Shown: positions 36,531 to 49,679, counted from the first letter of the whole stretch. The stretch: DNA of 63,664 nt, filler included, from Octopus bimaculoides (GCF_001194135.2; 4 parts of 4 records of this genome joined end to end with filler, not necessarily neighbours in it), one strand, 5' to 3'. The notes: generated by a model from the letters alone, not told the origin. A program made the numbers and translations.

Positions 36531-37412
36531 CCACTTGTGCAAGAATGGTGAAACATACACTAAATGGTAGTAATGATGGGGACTAGAATATATAATATAT
36601 ATGTCTATATCTGGGCCTTTTACCTATTTTGTACCTGTTACCATTTGTATCCCTCTATCCTTCTTTGCCACCAATCATGATGCCTAAGGAGCAAGGGATT
36701 GCATCAGATCTGTTGTTATCTAATATACTCCTCCATTAACCTTCCTGTACTACTAGCCATAATTCCCACTTCTCAAAGTCACTCATTAGCATCCATCACT
36801 CTCTTTCTATCACCCATCTCCATAGCTACTATTCAGTAGTGCTCTGTCATACCAGTTGACATTATTATCCAGGCCACTCATTATTGACATCCATTACAAC
36901 TTCAATCCATCATTCATCCCTCATCTTTCTTATTATCAAACATTCAGTTACTTTTAGTATATCTCTCCCATTACACCCTGCCATTGCTATCTCTGCTTAT
37001 TATTCCTTCTAGCATTGTTATTCCCATCTTTCTACTTTCTTTCACACTGTCACCTCATTCACTATTTCCCCCCACATACTCTTGCTTCTTTATCCCTCTC
37101 ACATTAGTTCTTTTGCAATTACCCTCTTTTGTATTCACTCAGTCACATTACCTTAATGAATGCAGAAAACATTGTGGGACATAAAGCAACTTCACTAGGG
37201 GGCAGACTCCAAATAAGTGCCTTATACTGTGATAAACTACCCAGCCCATGCCAGCATTGAAAGCAGATGTAATTTGATGATAGTATTAATTGTTAAATCA
37301 AGTAAAACATTAGACTGTGAATATAATTAACATGAAAATTTTAATTAAAAAATCAAATCTTACCATTTACACCCTTTCAAAAAGTTGTTGTTTTTTTTAT
37401 TAAATTCTTCAG

Positions 37413-37455
37413 AGTAACTGACAAGTTCAGGCTGCCTGGAGAAATCACTGGAATA
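37413..37455 (+). CDS. Candidate exon (VTDKFRLPGEITGI), unidentified protein
   Basis: T-rich tract ttcttcag|...|gtaaga; phase 2-0; open frame in unique sequence. Confidence 0.45.
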
Positions 37456-37721
37456 GTAAGAAAATGAAATCAAAATATAATTACATTTTCTCTTGCAACA
37501 GTTGCTTTATTTATTTATTTATGTATTTATTTACTTACTTATTTATTTATTTCTTTAAGAACATATACATGAATTATATATTTTTCCTAATTGTTTTCCC
37601 AAAGTCTTAGAAAAATGAATTTCCAACTACATTTCTTTTCCTAATTATAACTTTATTCGCAACATTAATACCTTGCAAGACCAATGAATACCTAACATTC
37701 TCATTTCTCTGTCTCCATCAG

Positions 37722-37787
37722 CTTCCTTATATAAGAAAGTATTACTGTAAAGAACCACCAGAGTATTTTCCATTTTCTGATTTTCTA
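37722..37787 (+). CDS. Candidate exon (LPYIRKYYCKEPPEYFPFSDFL), unidentified protein
   Basis: Strong acceptor attctcatttctctgtctccatcag|, donor |gtaatt; phase 0-0 after a 266-nt intron. Confidence 0.45.
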
Positions 37788-38097
37788 GTAATTGTTTATT
37801 TTCTCTTATTAGCTATAGATTTAAAGTTTATTCTATTCAGCAAATCATAATTTTTTGAGAATATTTGTACATTATATAGTTAAATGTCTTCTATTCCTAA
37901 TAAATAATACTTTTTAGCTTTCAATCAAAAATGGACTTTTACTTATGAATTGAAAGTTTCTAATTTTATCAATATAAAATATCTTAGACTTCCTTAAGTT
38001 CTTCATTTTTCTTTCCTTGTGTTCCAATATTTACTGTTTTATTATCACCAATAACCTTTCATGGTGATCACATGTATTTCATAAAGTCAAGACTATA

Positions 38098-41000
38098 TCT
38101 GTATATATAAAAAGCAGGATGTGTGTGTATGTGTGTACGTGAATGTAATTTATGCACATCCACAAATTAGCACACGTCGCTCCAATTTTAGGACATTCGT
38201 CATGACCCTATCTGCATTTTCGTCAACTTTTTCTCTCAGAGGCACCCGCGTATAGCTGTAAAAATCAATTTTCAACCATAACTTTTACTAATTTTGAAGT
38301 TTGCTAACATGGCGAAGTCAAAGTGTGCATATGCGTGTGAGGGAGAGAGAGTAATTGTGTGTTGATGTATGTGTGTGTGTGTGTGTGAGAGGGGGAGTGA
38401 TGGAGAGATAGAGATTGTTTGCCAGCGTCTAACAAAAAAAGTAAAGAAAAAGTGGGAGAGGGAGACAGAAAGCGTCTAACGAAAGAAAAGGTAGGTAAGG
38501 AAGACAGAGTAGGTGTAAAATGTAAAATGCTTTTTTTTTCTTAAACATGAGATATAGTTTCAAATATAAGATGTTTTTGAGATTATATATACTTTCTCAC
38601 ACAACAATTAAAATATATTTATTTTAAATCATTCATCTTTCTCCCCCTCTCACTCTCACACACACACACACACACATACATACTACTTTGGGAGCGAAAG
38701 AGTTTTGTTTATATTTCACGCCGAAGAAAAAAGTTTATTGTCAATCCATTTATTTAACAACAATGAAACAAAGAGGTATGTAACAATTTGTCAGTGAATT
38801 ACACAATATAAATGGGTAAAATTTCCAAGGCTTCCACCACACCCTAACCTGTTTTTCAGACCACAAAAAGGGTTTTGTAGCATATTAGCAGGCCAGGATA
38901 GTTGATTCCATGCAAAAAATCCCATTTATTTTTTTCTTAGTGAAAATCGTACGAGTGTTATCTAAAAATTTAGCTGTAGCTTTTCATGGTAAATTCGAGA
39001 TTTAAAAATATGTTTTCCACATTCTTCATCTCCGTATGTTGGTTAATTCAATTAGAAAATAAAACCTAATGAACGATGTAATTAGCAACTAGCACATTTT
39101 GTTTCTTAGTTTTTGTTTACTTCTCTGTTTAAATTCTTTACTTGACTGTTATATTTCTTACGAAGAGTGGAAAAATGTTTTCCATATTCTTAATCTCCGT
39201 ATTTTTCCCATACATTGAAAAATAGATGGTGAAAAGATTAATGGGTGTGGGGGGTGAAATTTCCAAGGCTTCCACCACACCCCAACCCGTTTTTCAGACC
39301 ACAAAAAGGGTTTTGTAGCATATTTCTTACGTAGAGAATCTGCATCCTTAATTTTTAAAATTTTATTATATATTTTAATTTTATTCTATTCNNNNNNNNN
39401 NNNNNNNNNNNNNNNNNNNNNNNNNNNNNNNNNNNNNNNNNNNNNNNNNNNNNNNNNNNNNNNNNNNNNNNNNNNNNNNNNNNNNNNNNNNNNNNNNNNN
39501 NNNNNNNNNNNNNNNNNNNNNNNNNNNNNNNNNNNNNNNNNNNNNNNNNNNNNNNNNNNNNNNNNNNNNNNNNNNNNNNNNNNNNNNNNNNNNNNNNNNN
39601 NNNNNNNNNNNNNNNNNNNNNNNNNNNNNNNNNNNNNNNNNNNNNNNNNNNNNNNNNNNNNNNNNNNNNNNNNNNNNNNNNNNNNNNNNNNNNNNNNNNN
39701 NNNNNNNNNNNNNNNNNNNNNNNNNNNNNNNNNNNNNNNNNNNNNNNNNNNNNNNNNNNNNNNNNNNNNNNNNNNNNNNNNNNNNNNNNNNNNNNNNNNN
39801 NNNNNNNNNNNNNNNNNNNNNNNNNNNNNNNNNNNNNNNNNNNNNNNNNNNNNNNNNNNNNNNNNNNNNNNNNNNNNNNNNNNNNNNNNNNNNNNNNNNN
39901 NNNNNNNNNNNNNNNNNNNNNNNNNNNNNNNNNNNNNNNNNNNNNNNNNNNNNNNNNNNNNNNNNNNNNNNNNNNNNNNNNNNNNNNNNNNNNNNNNNNN
40001 NNNNNNNNNNNNNNNNNNNNNNNNNNNNNNNNNNNNNNNNNNNNNNNNNNNNNNNNNNNNNNNNNNNNNNNNNNNNNNNNNNNNNNNNNNNNNNNNNNNN
40101 NNNNNNNNNNNNAATGATAAGGGCGACATATCCATCTCTGAACTGTACAACACAGTGGACAACCCTTCTGATCTTTTGGAAACAGTGTTCCCCAATCTGG
40201 AAAGTAACTATGCAAACATCAGTTGGCTCAGTGAAAGAACCATCCTGGCCCCCAAAAATGTAGCTATCAGTGCTATCAATGACCAGCTCATAAGCCGAAT
40301 TCCGGGTGAGGAGCGCATCTACAAATTGATCGACCGGACCTGTGACCCCCAAGACATTGTCAATTACCCTATCGAGTTTCTCAACTCATTGGAGCCAGCA
40401 GGGCTTCCACCTCACATTCTTAGGCAAAGGGTTGGATGCCCAATTATGCTAATCAGAAACTTGCTTCCGCCTAAATAGTGCAATGGGACCCGCTTAGTAG
40501 TTAAGTCCCTGATGCCCCACTTGATTGAGGCCACCATTGTTACAGAATGCGGGAGGGGTGAAAATGTTTTCATTTCAAGGATGCATCTTTATCCCTCAGG
40601 GTCAGACATGCCATTTCACTTCTGCAGATCGCAGTTCCCGGTGAGACCATGCTTTGCCATGTCCATCAACAAATCCCAAGACCAAACACTATCGGTGGCA
40701 GGCATCTATTTGAGGGAGCTATGCTTTTCACATGGGCAACTTTATGTGGCCTGCTCCCGTGTGGGTAGTAGAAACGCTCTTTTTGTGTATGCTCTTCAGG
40801 GCAGAACATGCAATGTTGTCTATAGCGAAGTTTTATAGACAAGTTGTCATTGCAGCTGATGTGGTTATAAACAGTGATCTGGAAGCATTGGCCAGACATA
40901 TTCTCAAACCATGGCAATATGACTTATGGACTCTTCCTCTTTTTTATTGGACAATGCTGACTTCTCCAACAACAATGCTCACTCAGCTGATATCAGTGAT

Positions 41001-41360
41001 TGGCTAAGTTGCTCATAGTGTTAACCTAGAAAGGACAGGCCCCTTATTTTTTGGTTAAGGCTGTTGGTAAGTTTTCCTAAGTTGCTCTAATCCAGATCCC
41101 CAATGCAAACCTTCAGATCAACCTTCTCCTATGCAAATCTCTAATGCAACTTAAAACAGTCAATGAGTGGAAATAACTGATAAACTAATTCCTTATGGGA
41201 TTTCCCAATCAAATTGCCAGCAAACCATTTTCAGCCAAACCAATTTCAATGGATTTCGCTCAAATCTGATGTCGATGTTACTTATTTTGGTTTGAAATAA
41301 AGCACTTGATCACTTAATAATCCTAGCTTAATCCCGGGTAACGCCGGGCTATACTGCTAG
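38098..41360 (+). mobile_element. Helitron, internally deleted
   Basis: 5' A|TCTGTATATATAAAA; 3' hairpin CCCGG-GTAACG-CCGGG then CTAG|T; helicase remnant inside. Confidence 0.9.
40113..40838 (+). pseudogene. Helitron PIF1-like helicase C-terminal part
   Basis: ERTILAPKN, PIEFLNSL.PAGLPPH.L, PIMLIRNL, QFPVRPCFAMSINKSQDQT, FSHGQLYVACSRV; one in-frame stop at ~40476. Confidence 0.9.
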
Positions 41361-41464
41361 TTATAAATATAGGGTTTCATTTTCAAAGCAAAACAATGTT
41401 CAGTCTTATACAAAGTACAAATACATCTTTTTTTTGTCTTTTTTAATAGTTTGGTCTGGGAGAA

Positions 41465-42545
41465 AGAGTCATGCCAGTGGCCTTTGCAGGTTCTCCAAGC
41501 TGCAGGATATCAACATAAACTGCTTCTGAAAAACATAGGCAGGAAGGGAATTCCAAAGAACTGATGCTATAGGAAGAAATGACTGCGTGAGGTGGTTAGT
41601 GTGGGATCTGATGAGAAACGAGATGTATAAGTGAAGGTAGCATGAGATCTGCTGACTTCAAGGAGTACAAGCCATGGTAGTAGCAGTAGAAATGACAGAG
41701 TGTGGAAATGAATATCTGTGAGCCAGAAGTTGGAATGTGTTGTTAAGTAACATCATGTGAATTAGTTGGATGGCCTTTTTTTTAAATGTTACTAGAATCT
41801 GCAGCATCAGTGCCATTCCATATGTGAAGCAGTTTTCAAGTATGGATCTTATTCAAGCTTTGTAAAGGGTTTGTTGTTGTTGGGGGATTAAGTATGAGGG
41901 GTTGCTGAAAAGTTCCTGGTTGGAGGACCAACTTTCCAATTTCTTTAACAGGGCTTAGAAAAACTGAAAGACTGCTGCAATAAGTGTAAGAATCTGAGAG
42001 GGAATTATGTTGAATAAAATCATAACTAACTGATCCTCCTGTATTTTCTTTTACTGAAAGCCAGGACCTTTACAGTACTTTACATATTTTCTAGTTCTGA
42101 AGAAGGCCATTTCTGTGATGCTGCTTTTGCTATATTGAAGATGTGACATAGCCAGGAGAAATCTTTAGTAATGGTGAAGCCTAAAATTTGTAGTGACATT
42201 GAGGGTTCTAGTTGTATGTTACTCATGTTCAGTGAGGCTGGAGGCACATGATAGTTTTCTTAATATATGTAGTGTTTGTGTCCTTATGCTGTTGAAGTAG
42301 ACAAAACTGGCACGAGAATGAAGCAGACAAGACTGGCATCAAGGTCTTTGGGTTGTTGTTCATGGAGCCAGTTCAGTCTAAGTAGTATTTGGATGACACT
42401 TGAGTGCTGAAGATTAGCGAAGAGTGAAAGATGGAGATCACCTGTATAGGCATAAACATTATGAGAGATGATGGCAAGTAGTTTGTTGATATATAGCAGG
42501 TAGAGTGTGGAGAACAGAATCAAAGCTTGGGACATCCCTTATTTT
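41465..42545 (-). mobile_element. Decayed CR1/L2-like LINE RT and 3' region
   Basis: GMSQALILFSTLYLLYINKL...AYTGD corresponds to the GVPQGS.L.P.LF.LYINDL...YADD block. Confidence 0.7.
41893..42086. mobile_element. mariner-derived MITE
   Basis: TATGAGGGGTTGCTGAAAAGTTCCTGG ... CCAGGACCTTTACAGTACTTTACATA imperfect TIRs with TA ends. Confidence 0.7.
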
Positions 42546-42689
42546 ATTTGATGTAAGTCATATAGAGCACCATCAGTACATGCTGTGTTGGTGCAATAAA
42601 ACAGGAAGCTTCCAATCCAAGAAATGAGAGAAGGATGGCAGTCTAGACTGAAGACCCACATGGCTGACATAGCTGAATGCTTTACTGAT

Positions 42690-43110
42690 GTCAAGTGCAA
42701 CATTTTTCATTAAGATCATCACTGTGGGCTTTCTTGATCTGAGAAATTGTCCTGCCCACTACACTTATTTTCATTTTGCCTTCTTCTAACATGGCTCTTT
42801 GGTAACTGTACAGACTCAGATTTGTTTGAAACATTTGGTGACATTCTTTGCACAGAATCACTGAGATTTTTTCACTGATGGTGGCCAGCTTTTTCTTCCT
42901 CATTTGCTGTCTTTGGAGCACCTTGCCTCTTCTATCTTGCTCAAAGAGTTCACAGCTAAAGTAGCAGAGATTCCTCCATTGCTTTCTATCCTCTTTAACA
43001 GTTTCAAACTCCTTTGATGGAATGTTGCAGAGTGAGGGTCCACTTCAGAAAGTCTCTAAACCTCAGCTGCAGTCTGCCATGGTGACATTGCCAGTTCAGA
43101 ATAAAAGATA
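42690..43110 (-). mobile_element. RTE LINE C-terminal remnant with C2H2-like finger
   Basis: EDRKQWR...CKECHQMFQTNLSLYSY. Confidence 0.6.
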
Positions 43111-43238
43111 GTCTTCAGTAATTTTAGTATCCATCCTTTGAACATGGCCTATCCACTGCAGCTGATGCATGATAACATCTTGATGGTTGCAATTTATACT
43201 TGTTTAAAACAAAGATGTCAGTCTTCTTTCCTTTCCAG

Positions 43239-43286
43239 TTAATACCTGTTGTGATGAGAGTTACAACACCCCATTGCAAGAGATAG
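43239..43286 (+). CDS. Candidate exon (LIPVVMRVTTPHCKR* in phase 0; alternative frame NTCCDESYNTPLQEIDWS)
   Basis: Strong acceptor gtcttctttcctttccag|; reading frame ambiguous. Confidence 0.3.
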   Translation, partial: LIPVVMRVTTPHCKR

Positions 43287-43884
43287 ACTGGTCTGAGTAA
43301 AGTATAAATAGTAAATATCTGAGTGAGTTCAGAATTTGGAATCAAGTGAAGTTCATGTTAGTTCACAGTGAAGTCAGAAGGTGTCAGTTGGTTAGTTCAC
43401 AAGGAATATTGATTGCTGGTTCGTAAAGAGATGTGTGTGTGTACATGTATGTGGGGTTATCATGTGTGTATGTACATGCATGGGCCTGTGGGTGTATGGG
43501 AGCATGTGTGCATTGTGTGGAGTGATGTGCATTTTGTGTATGTGTGTGCATATGAACATGTATATATGTGTGAGGCTATCGTGTGTGTATGCATATGCAA
43601 ATGCTTGTGTATATGTGTGCAACCCTATAGTGTGCATGTGTATTGTTTGTGTGCAAAAGTTGTATGTGTTTGTGTGCTGCATGTGTGTGTCTGTGTTCAA
43701 GCATGTTGTGTGCATGTGCATTGTGTGCTTTTTGATGAGAATATTGTGTTGTGGGGGAATGTATGGAGGTGTGAGATGGGATAGGGGTGGCAAGAGTTAG
43801 GGATTGAGAGGTGGGACAGGGGTGATGAGAGTTAGGGGTTGGCAGGTTTTGGGTACTAGTGTGTGCAAATGCATGTGCATGTGA

Positions 43885-45284
43885 GTGGGTATGGGAGTAT
43901 GCAGTGGGGGAAGGTGCGCTGAAAGTGTAGCTGCTAGAATAAGAATAGCCTGGGCAAAGTTCAGAGAGCTCTTACCCCTGCTGGTGACAAAGGGTCTCTC
44001 TCTCAGAGTAAAAGGCAGACTGTANNNNNNNNNNNNNNNNNNNNNNNNNNNNNNNNNNNNNNNNNNNNNNNNNNNNNNNNNNNNNNNNNNNNNNNNNNNN
44101 NNNNNNNNNNNNNNNNNNNNNNNNNNNNNNNNNNNNNNNNNNNNNNNNNNNNNNNNNNNNNNNNNNNNNNNNNNNNNNNNNNNNNNNNNNNNNNNNNNNN
44201 NNNNNNNNNNNNNNNNNNNNNNNNNNNNNNNNNNNNNNNNNNNNNNNNNNNNNNNNNNNNNNNNNNNNNNNNNNNNNNNNNNNNNNNNNNNNNNNNNNNN
44301 NNNNNNNNNNNNNNNNNNNNNNNNNNNNNNNNNNNNNNNNNNNNNNNNNNNNNNNNNNNNNNNNNNNNNNNNNNNNNNNNNNNNNNNNNNNNNNNNNNNN
44401 NNNNNNNNNNNNNNNNNNNNNNNNNNNNNNNNNNNNNNNNNNNNNNNNNNNNNNNNNNNNNNNNNNNNNNNNNNNNNNNNNNNNNNNNNNNNNNNNNNNN
44501 NNNNNNNNNNNNNNNNNNNNNNNNNNNNNNNNNNNNNNNNNNNNNNNNNNNNNNNNNNNNNNNNNNNNNNNNNNNNNNNNNNNNNNNNNNNNNNNNNNNN
44601 NNNNNNNNNNNNNNNNNNNNNNNNNNNNNNNNNNNNNNNNNNNNNNNNNNCTTTGGAAATATGCTATGCATGAGAGGACCCGGCAAGCCACGTGAGACCA
44701 AAATCCAAGGCCTCTGCCAGGGATGTAGTCAGCCCACTTATGTGTACCTTTCCTTCATTGTGAAGACCTGTTGAGGCAAATGAAATCAAAATCGAAATCG
44801 AACTAAATTCGACGACTGGCCCCCATGCCAATGTCTCCTTCATTGGACACTAAACTCAGCTTGCGAAGACCTGTTGGGGCAAGTGAAAGCGAAGTCGTGA
44901 TGGCACCTGTACCAGTGGAGCGCTAACAGCACCATTCGAGTGTCATCGTTACCAGCGTTGCCTTCCTGGCACTTGTGGTATGTAAAAAGTCGTTCGAGCG
45001 AGATTGTTGCCAGTGCCACTGGACTGTGCAGATGGCATGTAAAATACACCATTTTGAGCGTGGCCGTTGCCAGTACCGCCTGACTGGCCTTCGTGCTGGT
45101 GGCACATAAAAGCACCCACTACACTCTCAGAGTGGTTGGCGTTAGGAAGGGCATCCATTTGTAGAAATTCTGCCAAATCAGATTGGAGCCTGGTGTAGCC
45201 ATCTGGTTCACCAGTCTTCAGTCAAATCGTCCAACCCATGCTAGCATGGAAAGTGGACGTTAAACGATGATGATGATGATGATG
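43885..45284 (+). mobile_element. RTE LINE 3' part (gap 44025-44650) with (GAT)n tail
   Basis: ARIRIAWAKFRELLPLL; family 3' UTR and tail catggaaagtggacgttaaacgatgat. Confidence 0.9.
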
Positions 45285-45949
45285 TGTGGTGTGTGTACCG
45301 AGTTGAACAGTATGTAGGAGTGTTTGTATAGTGGTGTGTGTAGTGACGACACTGGAGAGTGTGTGTGCATAATGGTGTGTAGTGTGGGTACTCGGAGGTG
45401 TTGGTTGCTAGTGTGTATGGAGTGGGAAGGTGTGTGCGGGTGTGTGCATAATGGTGTGTAATGTGAGTACTGAGTTAAACAGTGTGTGTGGGTGTTTGTA
45501 TAGCGGTGTGGGTGGTGAGGGTACTGAGTTGGGGGTGTACAGATGTGGCGGTGGGAGGTGTATGGGAATCTGTGTGGAGTTGGTGTTAGATGAAGAAAGG
45601 AGGGAAATTTAAGGCCATAAGGAGTGAAGAAATAAAGGGAGAAGAGTAATTCGTGTTCACGATAAAATAAGTATCAGGCTTCAAATGAAAATAAGTACTG
45701 GGGTCGATTTGTTTGACCAAAAATCCTTCAAGGCAGTGCCCCAGCACTGTCACAATCTAATGAATGAAACAAGTAAAACATGCCATTTCAACCATGTGTT
45801 TTGCATTATTTTATTAGACAGAAAATCTTATGGATCTTTTCTGTTGTTGCCACAGTTTTTGAAATTTTAAAATTAAGTGAAAATTTTCAAATTTGGTATA
45901 TTGCTGTAATTTTCCACACTGAATCTAATTTTGTTATTCACTTGTTCCA

Positions 45950-46576
45950 GAAAATCGTTTTGTGGCGTGATGAATCATGGTACACAATGAAGCTATCTGA
46001 TGGTAGGGTGTGGGTGTTACGAATGCCTGGTGAATGATGTGCACTAGCCTGCATAGTGCTGACTGTGAAATTCAGCGGTGATGGGGTCATGATGTGGCTG
46101 TGGTTCTCCTGCATGGGGCTTGGGCCCCTCATTGCTTTACTCGGCACTGTCACAGCACAAGTTTACGCTGACATTTTAAGCACTTTCATGCTGCCTACCA
46201 TCAAAGACCAGTTTGGGGATGACCTTTGTGTCTTTTAACACAACTGAGCACCCATCCATACTGACAACATCCTGCTAATGAAATGGCCTGTGCAGGGTCC
46301 CGATTTAAATTCCATAGAATATCTCTGGAATGTTTTGGAATGCCAACTTCATGCTCAACCACACTGACCCACATTGATATCCTTGCTCATTTCAGCACTC
46401 TGCAAAGAGTGAGCTGCCATTCCCCAAGAAACCTTCCATCATCTGACTGAAAGTATGCCTGCGAGAGTGGAGGCTGCCAACACTGTATTAACTGCCAGTG
46501 TTCCTGATGGAGGGTGACCTAAACTTGTACTTCATTATCAGGTGGGTGTCTGGATACTTTTGATTGCATAGTGTAT
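45950..46576 (+). mobile_element. Tc1-like transposase remnant with 3' TIR
   Basis: VLWRDESWY, VMMW.WFS..GLGPL, WPVQGPDLNSIEYLW; end gatacttttgattgcatagtgta. Confidence 0.85.
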
Positions 46577-47022
46577 GTTTGAAGTCACTCCAAGTATGCT
46601 ATGTGACTTCAGATGATGTTCTTTTTAGTTTGCCACCCAAATGGGGAATGCTATCGCTCTGTAGTGATTTACAACAAACGGTCATGAATCTAGCGGTGTA
46701 TGGTGTGGGGAGAGGCACAACAAGGAGTTTTTACTGCATTTTAAACTTTGAAACAAAATATTTTTTACAAATGTTAACTACCTTAAGAAAACTATATCAG
46801 CTAAGCAAATGGCCTTCCCTATATGCATTAAAAGTATTATAACATAATCTGAGCACTATTTCAGGAAGTTATTGCCATTCTCAATGAGCATATAAAAGAC
46901 AAATTTGGCTGGAGTAAAATGAGTAACACAAGACAGGATAAACTTTTCTGCTTCAATTTTCCAGAAAAGATCAGAAAAGCAAAAAAAAAAATTTAATATT
47001 TAAAAAAAAATTAAATATCAGA

Positions 47023-47058
47023 TGCAGGTATGGCTGTGTGGTAAGAAGCTTGCTTCCC
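47023..47058 (+). mobile_element. SINE family B head, 5' piece (split by insertion)
   Basis: gcaggtatggctgtgtggtaagaagcttgcttccc; continues at 49264. Confidence 0.85.
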
Positions 47059-49263
47059 GTGTGCATGTGTTTAGATGGCTTCTTGCAAAAGACCAGGAGA
47101 GACGTGAGTCTGTGGGCTCTGTCTTTTGAAGGAAAGAAGAAAACTGTTGAGGTAGGTGACTTTGTTCGTTTGAGCTGGGCATAATATATTGTTTGTCTAT
47201 TTTTTCAGTAAATTCTGCCCAGCTCTGGAGCAATTTCGCCTACTCTTGGCATTTTTTTATTGCTTGTGTTCGCAAGCAAAAGTTGATTTTTTGGGGGCGT
47301 ATCCCTGCCCGAAAAAAAGAGAAAGTTGAACTTTATTTTTGTGCTTGTTCTGGTCGCAGTGTTCCAGCTGAATTTTTGCTACCAAAAAGGCCAAAAAGTT
47401 TTTTCACTCTAAGTGAATAATTGTGGAAGTTCCTGTGTGTTCCAGTCGTGTGGTTCCAGGTTCGAACAGTAGGTCCAGATTACCTAGTGGCTGAAGGAAT
47501 TGTTTGCTGTGCTTTTTGAACTGTTTTCTTTTTCTTGAACTGTTTTTTTCCTTTTTTGTTGTGACTTCTTTCTTTGAATTTTTTGAACTGTTTTCTGTTT
47601 ATTTGTGTTTTTCTTTTTTGAACTTTAAAAAAAAAAAACATGGTGAAGAAGCAGAGCGCTGCCTTGGAGTGTGAGGTTATCCCACCCAAGGAGTGGTTGA
47701 AAGATATGAACAATAGAACGGTGGTGCTAAGGACCTATTCTAGGTCTCTTGGCACCATTGTTCAATACAATAAAGATTGCATTGAGAAAGAGTTGGCAGA
47801 ATACCTGCCAACTCTAAAATTTATTTCCTGGGGGTACAAATTTGCAACAGTATGGTTGCTATTTGGTACCCCCGAGGAAGCCTGTACCTTCGCGGGGAAA
47901 CCCCTGGAAGGAAAGGAAATTGTGTTCTTCCCCACTTATTGTGGGAGAAAAATAATAAGAGCCTCGATGTGCAGGCTACCCCACCGGGCATGGAGGCCGG
48001 ATGGATTGAAGATACCATCCAGCGAGGCCTGGGGGATAGCGGCCTCAAGTTGCTCAATGTAACTATGGCTCCCACGGTCAACTGGGAAGGGTCAAAGGTA
48101 ACTTTGACCCAGTGGACCTCACCGGCCACGGGGAAAATGACTTTCCTGGACTTTTTGACAATGGCAGGTTCGAGGTATCCAGTGATACTGGAGGGTCGCC
48201 CCCCACCCCAGTGTCACTCGTACCTGGAGTCGGTCCATGTCAAAAAGGATTGTCCAAGAGACCGTGGCAAGGCCCCGGAGCAGGGAAAGATAAAAAAGCA
48301 CTCCGCCCTCTCATTGCAGAGAGAGGCTGAGGAGGTTGTTGAGGAATCAAATTCAATAAATAGAAAAAGAAAGGTGAGCAACGATAGTTGCTCACCAGAA
48401 GATGATGTGCAGGATGTGGGAGAGGAGATAGATCCCCCGGGTGTGCCGGTGGAGGCCTCGACTCACGCAACCGGGAAAAGAAAAAAGAAAAAGAGAAATC
48501 GAAGACGGTCAGTGGGTGTTGATGTGCCGTTGATTGANNNNNNNNNNNNNNNNNNNNNNNNNNNNNNNNNNNNNNNNNNNNNNNNNNNNNNNNNNNNNNN
48601 NNNNNNNNNNNNNNNNNNNNNNNNNNNNNNNNNNNNNNNNNNNNNNNNNNNNNNNNNNNNNNNNNNNNNNNNNNNNNNNNNNNNNNNNNNNNNNNNNNNN
48701 NNNNNNNNNNNNNNNNNNNNNNNNNNNNNNNNNNNNNNNNNNNNNNNNNNNNNNNNNNNNNNNNNNNNNNNNNNNNNNNNNNNNNNNNNNNNNNNNNNNN
48801 NNNNNNNNNNNNNNNNNNNNNNNNNNNNNNNNNNNNNNNNNNNNNNNNNNNNNNNNNNNNNNNNNNNNNNNNNNNNNNNNNNNNNNNNNNNNNNNNNNNN
48901 NNNNNNNNNNNNNNNNNNNNNNNNNNNNNNNNNNNNNNNNNNNNNNNNNNNNNNNNNNNNNNNNNNNNNNNNNNNNNNNNNNNNNNNNNNNNNNNNNNNN
49001 NTCCAGGCCTTTCGGCAAGCAGCAGGAATCTTGCTTGAGGGCCCGGATAAGGAAGATTGAACTGTTGAATTTTGTAAAACTTAATTTTGTGAAATTTTAA
49101 TTGTAAAATTGAACTATGTTTTCGAGGGATTATCGGTCGGGGGGCGCCGGTGCCACTCTCATCTGTATTGATTTCATTATCATTTCATCTCATTAATGTA
49201 TTTGTCTAGACTGCAGCTTCTTCCTTATCTATGTACAGCCTTTATGGCTAATATAATGAAATA
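47059..49263 (+). mobile_element. L1/Tx1-like non-LTR element (ORF1-like; gap 48538-49001) with 16-bp TSD
   Basis: TSD aagaagcttgcttc(c/t)c at 47043-47058 and 49264-49279; ORFs 47640-48062 and 47852-: RRM-like LLFGTPEEA and degenerate knuckle CHSYLESVHVKKDC; AATAAA-like 3' end. Confidence 0.7.
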
Positions 49264-49398
49264 AAGAAGCTTGCTTCTCAACCACATGGTTCTGGATTTA
49301 ATCACACTGTGGGGCACCTTGAGTGAGTGTCTTCTACTATAGCTTTACGCTGACCAAAGCCTTGTCAGTGGGTTTGGTAGATGGAAACTGAAAGAAGG

Positions 49399-49402
<4 letters not shown>
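49264..49402 (+). mobile_element. SINE family B head, 3' piece
   Basis: aaccacatggttctggatttaatcacactgtggggcaccttgag...ggtagatggaaactgaaagaag. Confidence 0.85.
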
Positions 49403-49430
<28 letters not shown>

Positions 49431-49679
49431 NNNNNNNNNNNNNNNNNNNNNNNNNNNNNNNNNNNNNNNNNNNNNNNNNNNNNNNNNNNNNNNNNNNNNN
49501 NNNNNNNNNNNNATTTAATAAAAGCATCTAAATATGAAACATGAAAATTGTTCAAACTGAAGACCTTCTTGAGCGACACTATTTTTCGAGATGAATAAAT
49601 AAAATTGACTACTAAGTATTTATGGAATTCTGATTTACTGTTGGGTGACTTTTGGCCAAACCCTATATATATATATATA

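Noticed and set aside
46564-46842. 92-aa ORF / exon with an F-box-like WSDLPP junction
   Set aside because: The ORF starts inside the Tc1 TIR, the donor sites are weak, and the motif appears only under one of several splice options.
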